From Chrysomallon squamiferum (lineage: Eukaryota > Animalia > Mollusca), in the NCBI GenBank assembly GCA_012295275.1, contig CM022675.1:744001-808000 (forward strand): a stretch of 64,000 bases of DNA. The letters are read 5' to 3'. Both the position numbers and the translations under genes were made by a program. A model generated the notes under the pieces. It was not told where the DNA came from and did not search any database. It saw only the letters and a list, made by a program, of their open reading frames with translations. This document shows positions 55,070 through 64,000 of the stretch, in pieces (position 1 is the stretch's first letter; every line of letters starts with the position of its first letter).

Positions 55070-56369
55070 AAGAAAAGAAAAAGAAAATGAGATTATAAAA
55101 GTTAGAGAAAATTTAAAAACAGAAAGAAAAAAATTAAACAAAACAGAAGAAAGACCAGAAAGCTAAATTAAAACAGTAATAAAATATTCCGAAGAGAGAA
55201 AAAATCAACAAAATAAAATCTAAATTTCTTCTGTTTCAATGAAATTCAAACATCTTGACAGAAACAAATACTGAACAAACACCATTTCCCAATTATCACA
55301 AAAAGAGAGAAGATAAAAATAAGAAAAAGAACAAGAAAAAAAAGAAGAAGCAGAAGAAGAATTTCTCCACCCTTGCTTCGAGAATGAAAAGAAAAACAGA
55401 CAGTGCTGTTTTTTGATTAATCTGATTGGAAGTGACTTGCAAATCAAACACTGATCTATTAATGAAGATGGACTGATAACATGGTGACCAATAAATGATA
55501 GAGCACAGAGTGGAAAGAGAATGTTCTGTGATGTTATCTGTGACTGGAACAGGGAGAGAAACATTTGTTACAGTTCATAGTCAAGTCACTGAAGTCAGCT
55601 GGAAGGGTGAATTGCATGATAAATTTCATTTTTGGTTTAAAAAAATTAAATATTTAAATAAAAATGTCAGATAATATGTTCATCTTCTGATTTGAAAAAA
55701 AAAAAAAGTAAATTAGAAAAATTATTAAAAATGAAAATTTAAATTATTAAATATAAAAATAATACTGATATAATAAGTTTGTCTTCTGCTTGGTAAAAGA
55801 AAAAGATTAAATATTTAAGTATACAAGACAGGTACTATATGAATTATTTGGATAAAAAAGAAAAGAAAAATTAAATATTTAAATACAAAATAAAGATAAT
55901 ATATGGGTTAGGTTGGAAAAAACAAAACAAAATCAAAACTAAAATACCTAAATAATACATGATGTTTGGCTTCTCTGTAGGTGAAACAAAACTAAAAATT
56001 TAAACAGATAAATCAGACGATACATTGGTTTAGATTTTGAAAAAAGAAAAAGAAAATTACATAAATATTTTAAAACAAAATCTTACAATCTATTTGTTGC
56101 AGCTAGCAAAAAAAATGAAAAAAAATGAAAAAGAAAAAAAGAATTATATAAATATTTTAAGAGAAAAATTAGATCTATCAGTCTGGGTTGAAAAAAGAAA
56201 GACATCACATAAATATTTAAACACAACATCACACAACTTGTTTTCATTGACAGCAAACTGCCCTCAGTCTCTTTGTAAAAAATTTAATTCAAATATTTAT
56301 TGGTTTATTGGTTGGAAACCAGTTGTTGTTTATATCATAATTATGAATAAAAAACAACAACAAAGAACC

Positions 56370-56545
56370 ATTATTTTCAAATTAGCAGAATAGGATTTTA
56401 ATATGCACCTTCTCACAGAGGTATTCTGCCGTGTTTGATAAATCTGTTGTGAGTAGGGCTAGGACAGAAAATCACACAGGGAAGGAACTGAGCAGGATTG
56501 ACCCTAGAACCTGTCACTTTAACTACTGACCTACATGCAGCCAGC
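56370..56545 (-). mobile_element. Degenerate SINE-like copy of the same family as 24080-24340
   Basis: Shares TTAGCAGAA..ACCTTCTCA and AGGATTGACCCTAGAACCTGT blocks with the reverse complement of 24110-24280. Confidence 0.5.
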
Positions 56546-56567
56546 CATGCAATGTGAAGAAAGCATT

Positions 56568-56625
<58 letters not shown>

Positions 56626-57214
56626 TTTTATTTAATGAAATCACTAGAATGCACTGATTAATCTATGTAAAAAATAAATAAATTTAATAATTATTATTTA
56701 CTGATCTTTAACTGGAGTGAGAAAAAATTTAATTGGCGTAAACAGATAAACAAAAAAAGGAAAAAAAACAAACAACAAAAACAACAAGAAACAAAAAAAG
56801 GTAAAGGAATAAACTAGAAGTAATTAATTAATTTTATAAAACAAGATGATTTATTTATTTCAGTTTAGAAACAGAAAAGAACAAAAAATTGTGTTTCTCT
56901 GTACTAAGAATAAAATTCTAAAGAAAAAAAAGAAGAAAATTAAATAATAAATCAAATGTAGATGTTTTTGCTGTGAAAAAGGAAACAGCCAGTACTAGTG
57001 CACTTATGTCAAGCATGAAAAAAAAAAAATGTTTACAAAGAAAACAAGAAATAAAGCTATGAAACAGGAAGAAAAATATAATTAAAACATTTTCTTGCCT
57101 GAAAAATGAAAATAATAGTAGTAACTTCCTTATAGTACTATCTCAAATTACTAACTATCTGACAATTCAAAATATATTTATATTTTGTTTTTGTTTTTTA
57201 ATGTTAGCTCCAGA

Positions 57215-57665
57215 TCACATTAATTTTCTACCATCAGTTATTCAACTTATTTTGTGTAAAACATCTGTTTAATGACATCACTAGAACACATTGATTAATT
57301 ATCTATCTTCAGTTATTTTACGTAAAACATTTGTTTAACATCACTAGAACATACTCAGTGATACTGATTAATTTTCTACCATCAGTTATTCAACTTATTT
57401 TATGTAAAACATCTGTTTAACATCACTCGAACATACTGATTAATTTTCTATCATTAGTTATTTTATGTCAAACATAGGTTTAATGACATCACTAGAACAG
57501 ATTGATTAATTATCTATCTTCAGTTATTTTATATAAAACATTTGTTTAATGACATCACTAGAACAGATTGATTAATTATCTATCTTCAGTTATTTTATGT
57601 AAAACATTTGTTTAATGACATCACTAGAATTGACTGATGAATGTTTTATCATCAGTTATTGTCAG
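57215..57665. repeat. Minisatellite, ~65-70 bp unit (AATGACATCACTAGAACAGATTGATTAATTATCTATCTTCAGTTATTTT...AAAACATTTGTTT)
   Basis: About 6-7 tandem copies. Confidence 0.88.
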
Positions 57666-57794
57666 TTAAACATCTGATATTTCCTACAATTAGTTTTGGG
57701 AGAAAACCTGCAGAATTTTGCTGTCATCAAAAAGGATCTTTTACAAGCACCCAGCACAAAGCACAGACACAAGGAATCATAGTGTGAACAAGGA

Positions 57795-58778
57795 ATGAAG
57801 TACACAGATGAAGTACACAGGAGTATACAGATGAAGTACACAGGAGTATACAGATGAAGTACACAGGAGTATACAGATGAAGTACACAGAAGGAGTATAC
57901 AGATGGAGTATACAGATGAAGTACACAGGAGTATACAGATGAAGTATACAGATGAAGTACACAGATGGAGTACACAGATGAAGTACACAGGAGTATACAG
58001 ATGTACACAGATGGAGTACACAGATGGAGTACACAGATGGAGTATACAGATGGAGTATACAGATGGAGTACACAGATGAAGTACACAGATGAAGTACACA
58101 GATGGAGTATACAGATGAAGTATACTGATGAAGTATACTGATGGAGTACACAGATGGAGTACACAGATGGAGTACACAGATGAAGTACACAGATGAAGTA
58201 TACTGATGGAGTACACAGATGGAGTACACAGATGGAGTATACAGATGGAGTATACAGATGGAGTATACAGATGGAGTATACTGATGGAGTATACAGATGA
58301 AGTATACAGATGAAGTATACAGATGGAGTATACAGATGGAGTATACAGATGAAGTACACAGATGGAGTACACAGATGGAGTACACAGATGAAGTATACAG
58401 ATGAAGTATACAGATGGAGTATACAGATGAAGTACACAGATGGAGTATACAGATGAAGTATACTGATGGAGTATACTGATGGAGTATACTGATGGAGTAC
58501 ACAGATGAAGTATACAGATGAAGTACACAGATGAAGTATACAGATGGAGTACACAGATGAAGTATACAGATGGAGTATACAGATGGAGTATACAGATGGA
58601 GTATACAGATGAAGTATACAGATGGAGTATACAGATGGAGTATACAGATGGAGTATACAGATGGAGTATACAGATGGAGTATACAGATGAAGTATACAGA
58701 TGAAGTATACAGATGAAGTATACAGATGAAGTATACAGATGGAGTATACAGATGGAGTATACAGATGGAGTATACAGA
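57795..58778. repeat. Minisatellite, 13 bp unit (G[G/A]AGTA[T/C]ACAGAT)
   Basis: About 75 copies. It lacks stop codons on the - strand, which explains the 393, 355 and 241 aa repetitive ORFs. Confidence 0.96.
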
Positions 58779-59501
58779 GACATGTGTTGTACACTTGTCA
58801 GAAAAGAAAGACTAAAAGAACAGTTTATTTTGTGTTTTAGCACAGTTTATATACACAGCTGTGTTCTTTAAACAACACTCATCATGTATAAAAACATCAA
58901 GTTGAAGTTAAAGTGGCTCTTATGTAGCTGTTTGCTGGCCACCATGCATGAAACATTTCTTATTTATAATAGAACAAACCTGCGCCATTACTATTTTACA
59001 TACTCTTTTAATTTTTAATTTTAATTTTAATTTTTTTTTTTATCTATATTCTCCCTCTCGTTGATATACAACTGTATGTCATTTAACTCTCAGGTCTTTT
59101 TAATTCTCAAAGACATATATACAGGTTTAGATAAACAGACAAAGTCATAAATATACATACATATACATAAAACACACAGACAAACACATATTCTGATATA
59201 CACACAAAGACAGAGACAAACACACACACACAGAGATATATATACAGACATAGTGAAGAGAAAACTGCACTTGATTCAAAACCCTATTAAAAAGATGAAA
59301 AAGGATGAACAAATTGTTATCTGTATCATATTAAAACATCAATTACGTTTTTAATTATGTATATATTTTAATTTTACACACACATACACATGTACAGATA
59401 TAGAAAAATACATATAAAGAAATATACTGATGTACTCTGGATATATAAAATTAGGTGCAATGTTCCATTAGTTTTATTTCCTAACACAGGTAACTAGAGA
59501 C

Positions 59502-59605
<104 letters not shown>

Positions 59606-61109
59606 AAGAGTTACACATTTACAGAACTGTACTGTGATCAACAATCGATTTAAAAAAAACAACAACAAAACCCACATTTTTGCTATCATATGGTTTAGAT
59701 CAAACATACTAAAAGACCAGTCAAGCATAACATTTAAGTTAATTATAAATTAATTTTGCACCTTACAGACACATTAGGTGTTTAGATCACAGGCAAAGTT
59801 TAAGTAAATCTGTTATTTAACTAAATAGATGCTGTTTGTGTAATGCATGGCTGCAAATTCAAACAAACAAAAACAAATTAACAAAAATCTGTATGTTAAT
59901 GTTTTTAATCAATTATGCAAGTGATAGATCTGACAGACACACAAACAGACAAACAGCTGCAACACAGCTGTGATGTGAAAATGATCCACAAACAATTTAT
60001 TATCTGAAAACTAAAACATTTAAAAAATAAGATGTTTTCTTCTTTTATTTATTTATTATTATTTTACTATTGTTATTGTAGTTATGCTATTGCTATTACT
60101 ATTGTGTTATTATTATTATTATTTTGGTTTGTTTCTCACATATATATATATTTTTATACTGACATAACTACTTAATTATTGCACATTACAATTTGTTTAT
60201 TGAATTTTTTCTTACAAATAAATTAGGCAGTCTATTTACAATCTCTCTCTATGGATTTCAGATGAAAATGTGAGGTGATTGAAACAGACATAAAAAAATA
60301 GCAACATTTAACACATACACAACATTATTTAATCAGTAGTGGCTTACAGAGACAGTGACATATTGATATTTGTATTCTGTATTTCAGATATTATATATAG
60401 AAATATATACAGAAATTCTGAGGAATAGTACTGACATTTAATATTACAGATATTACACATAAAAGTACATGTAGAAATAAAATTAATATTTAGCGTATGT
60501 GTATTCAGTATGACATATCATATATATGTATATATATCTAGAAATAACATATTGGGTTTTAGTATATGTCTATTCAATATAATGGATACATTCAGTGTCT
60601 GGGTAACAACAAAATGATTAAAACTATAACAAAATGTAATTTATCTAGTTAAAAACTAGCTTTCTGTTTTACAGAATGACAATGTACTGCTAAAAAGACT
60701 ACAGGTATTTTGTATATATTCAAAATCACACAGATATTATGTTTGAAAAAATACAATAACTACAAAATTATTAAAGATGACTATTAAAACTGTAGTAGTA
60801 TACAGATTATGTTATGAAGCATACAAATATTATGTATGAAAATAAATGTAGTAATTGTAAATTTTGGCTAAAATAAAAAATCAAAGAATTATTATGAAGT
60901 TTAATCTATTTAATTAAAACAGTATACATTTCATACAAGTCACTTACTGCATGCAGGTATATAGGTATGTTATTTATGTTCTATATAATACAGTTATTAT
61001 GTAAAAAAAATAAAATAAACATCCATGTAATAATTCATAGTGGTCTACAAAACAATGACACACTATATTTTAATTAACCACTGTTATTTATGTTATGAAT
61101 TACTCTATA

Positions 61110-61430
61110 AAAAGACATATAGCTATTCTGTATATATGTAAAATCACAGAGAGAGTTTTTCATGTGCATCTCATATGATAAAAGATCACAATAACTGACA
61201 CAAAAATGTTTGGAATGGGAAACACTGCTGTGAAAAGTCACAAGAAATATTTTATGTTTACCATATGCAGCAACAGACAGCATTTAATCTGAATGACATA
61301 TGGAGAACACACTGACACAGACACAGACACACAGACACACAAACATAGGGATTAAATAAATATTCTGCCATTTCCACATACAGACATTCAGACACACAAA
61401 CACACATGCATAGAAACACATACACAAAAC
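61110..61430. repeat. Dispersed duplication, copy 2 (see 49320-49640)
   Basis: Same conserved core, same orientation. Confidence 0.85.
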
Positions 61431-63705
61431 TGATAAATACACATACACAAACACATACACACACACAGACATACTTACATGCACATGTCTACACATTTAT
61501 ACAAATACATACATACATACATACATACATACATACATACATACACATAAATACATATACAAGCACACAGAGTATGATAAAAAGACCAGCTGTTCAAATT
61601 TCACTAAACATCATTTCCGCACTGCAAAATCATAAATTAACTCTTTTACTGTCAATATTGCTTGACAAAGCCACAGCAAAGACATAAATTAACCCTTTTA
61701 CTGCCAGCATCTCCCAGTTCATGTGGCATCCAAGACATATTGCAGAAATAAAAACACAGAGAGCCTGTGTTATGACGCAGAGTAAAAACTCTTCAAACAC
61801 AGAACCCAATAGGAAGACATCTCTTGTGTTTCTAATGGGTCTCTTTGTAAAAGAAAAATGTGACTTTATTTTATTTTATTTAGTGCTGGTTATAACGTTC
61901 TTATTTAATTAATGCCATAAAAACCAGCAGTTTTATATGCACGGCAATGTGTGCTTGATGTATTAGTTGTAAAAGGGTAATGTATTGTTTTTGTTGTATT
62001 GTTGTTTATTGTTATCATTTTTATTTATTGTTATTGTTATTGTTATTTATTTGACTATTTTTGTTTATTATTATTGTTATCAATATTATTATTATTATTA
62101 CATTTAACAAAAGACCATGTTATATTGTTACTGTCAAGAAAAAAGAGAGGGGAGAGGATTAAGAGTGAGAGAAAGAAGAAGAGAGAAAGATGGAGAAAAA
62201 AAGAAATGGAAGTCAGAAGATGAGATTAAAAATGTAAAAAGAAAACAGAGAGAGAAAAAAAGAAGAAAGAATGTAAATATGACAGAAAAAATTAACAAAA
62301 ATTACAAAATAAGTATTTTGTAAATATTTCCAACAACAACAAACACAAGTTTAAAATTACAAACATAACACAAATAACTGAAAAAAAAACCAACAAATAA
62401 ATGTTAGTTTTTCTTTTTTTTCTCATCTTTTTTTTTTTTTTTTTTAAATGAAAAATTACATGTACGAACTTGAACTATGATAAATGAAAACAACTTGCAC
62501 AATTTATCTTTCTGACCCACTACGAGGAAACAATAATTACTGAATTCACACATTATCACACGTTCCTGTGCAGTCTGAGAAATAGTCAAAATTCCTCAAC
62601 TTTCCAACCAAAGCACAAAACAACTGTTTTGAAAGACAAACATTTCTGTCTGTCAGAATATAATTAGTATGTAACCTTCAATGAGTTGTTGAGGTTTGGA
62701 GTAATTCTGTGAACCCAGTGTGAAGTAGTTTATCAAGATAATTCTGAAACTTGTACATAAACCAAGAGAGGAGAAAACAGAGGTTAAACAGATGTCAGTG
62801 GTTTCAGTGAGAAAGAGCTAATTTTTGTTTTTAGTTCATTGTGCAAATAAATAAATAAATAAACAAATAAACAATGAAACAAGTAAACAAACAAATAAAT
62901 AAGAAAGTAATAAATAAACAAGTGAATAAAAACAAATAAATATATAAAAAAAAATAAAAAATAAACTAAAATAAATGAATACAAAAATAATTATATTTTA
63001 AATTAAAAAATCAAAAAAATATTTAAGCATTTTGAAATGCATCTAAAAAAAATCGCGGTCTTTCAGCTTTTCAAAAAAATAATAAGTATAAAAAATTTGA
63101 AAAATTAAAAACAAAACCAAATAAATAAAAAATATTCTTCCATTTAAAAATAAAAATACATTTTAAACTATGCGTTATGCCTTACGGCGTCTTGTAATGA
63201 TTTAGGCTATAGCTTGTGTAATACATGCATTTACGTTATTATGGTACACAGTTCAATCGACTTTACATAAAAAAGACAAGACTTGAGTATATCGGTAATA
63301 AATAAAATAAAATAAAAAATAAATAAAACAAATAAATTTTAAAAGACAAGACTTAAAAGATAAAAACATAAAAAAATAAATAATAAATGTTTTAGTTCTT
63401 AAGGCTGAATTTAATGAATGAATGAGCAGAAAAATGAACACAGATGAATTAAAATTTAAAAAAAGACTGATTAATCAGACAAATTTACTTTTGTCAAAGG
63501 ACTGATAGATGAACAAATGAAGACTAATTAATTAGAAATAACTAAGGACAGACAGATGAAAGAATGAAGGTTGATTAATTGGTATTTTCAGCTACATGTG
63601 CTGATTTAAATCTGTATGAATGGTTTGATGGGCTGTCAAATATTAAAAGTGAATTATTTTTCAGTCAGAATACCAACTAATTCCATTAGCTTGCTCGCTC
63701 ACTCT

Positions 63706-63773
<68 letters not shown>

Positions 63774-63789
63774 TCTCTTTCTCTGTCTT

Positions 63790-64000
63790 CTCTCTCAGTC
63801 TAACTCTCTGTCCGCTTTCTCAGTCTAACTCTCTGTCCTTTCTCAGTCTAACTCTCTGTCCGCTTTCTCAGTCTAACTCTCTGTCCTTTCTCAGTCTAAC
63901 TCTCTGTCTGCTTTCTCAGTCTAACTCTCTGTCCTTTCTCAGTCTAACTCTCTGTCCGCTTTCTCAGTCTAACTCTCTGTCCTTTCTCAGACTAACTCTC
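63790..64000. repeat. Minisatellite, 23-25 bp unit (CTCTGTCC[GC]TTTCTCAGTCTAACT), running off the window end
   Basis: About 9 tandem copies following a (CT)n run. Confidence 0.92.

Noticed and set aside
57662-58843. Long ORFs of 393, 355 and 241 aa
   Set aside because: They are translations of a 13-bp minisatellite open in all three - strand frames, with no domain features.

Overview
Eukaryotic, very AT-rich and microsatellite-dense animal genomic DNA, probably from a mollusc or other lophotrochozoan (inferred from protein style and repeat content). It is not prokaryotic. Two real genes lie tail-to-tail. (1) The 3' part (TM4 to C-terminus) of a 5-HT4-like aminergic GPCR is on the + strand (<1-779). 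(2) An ADAR2-type A-to-I RNA editase is on the - strand, with three large coding exons (27181-26375: NLS plus two dsRBDs; 22708-22040 and 7195-6669: deaminase domain). The exons splice in frame through canonical GT-AG phase-1 junctions and are followed by a ~3 kb 3' UTR. The remaining ~37 kb above the first coding exon is apparently 5' intron or upstream DNA, with mini- and microsatellites and degenerate SINE-like copies. Most other ORFs in the track are repeat artefacts or antisense shadows. The most striking observations are a tandem array of five extra copies of the ADAR2 dsRBD-exon end plus its 5' splice site, each resembling a 31-nt poison micro-exon, a candidate intronic editing-complementary sequence for ADAR2 self-editing, and a CRE/AP-1/Forkhead-motif satellite between the two genes. 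Repeat boundaries are approximate (read by eye).
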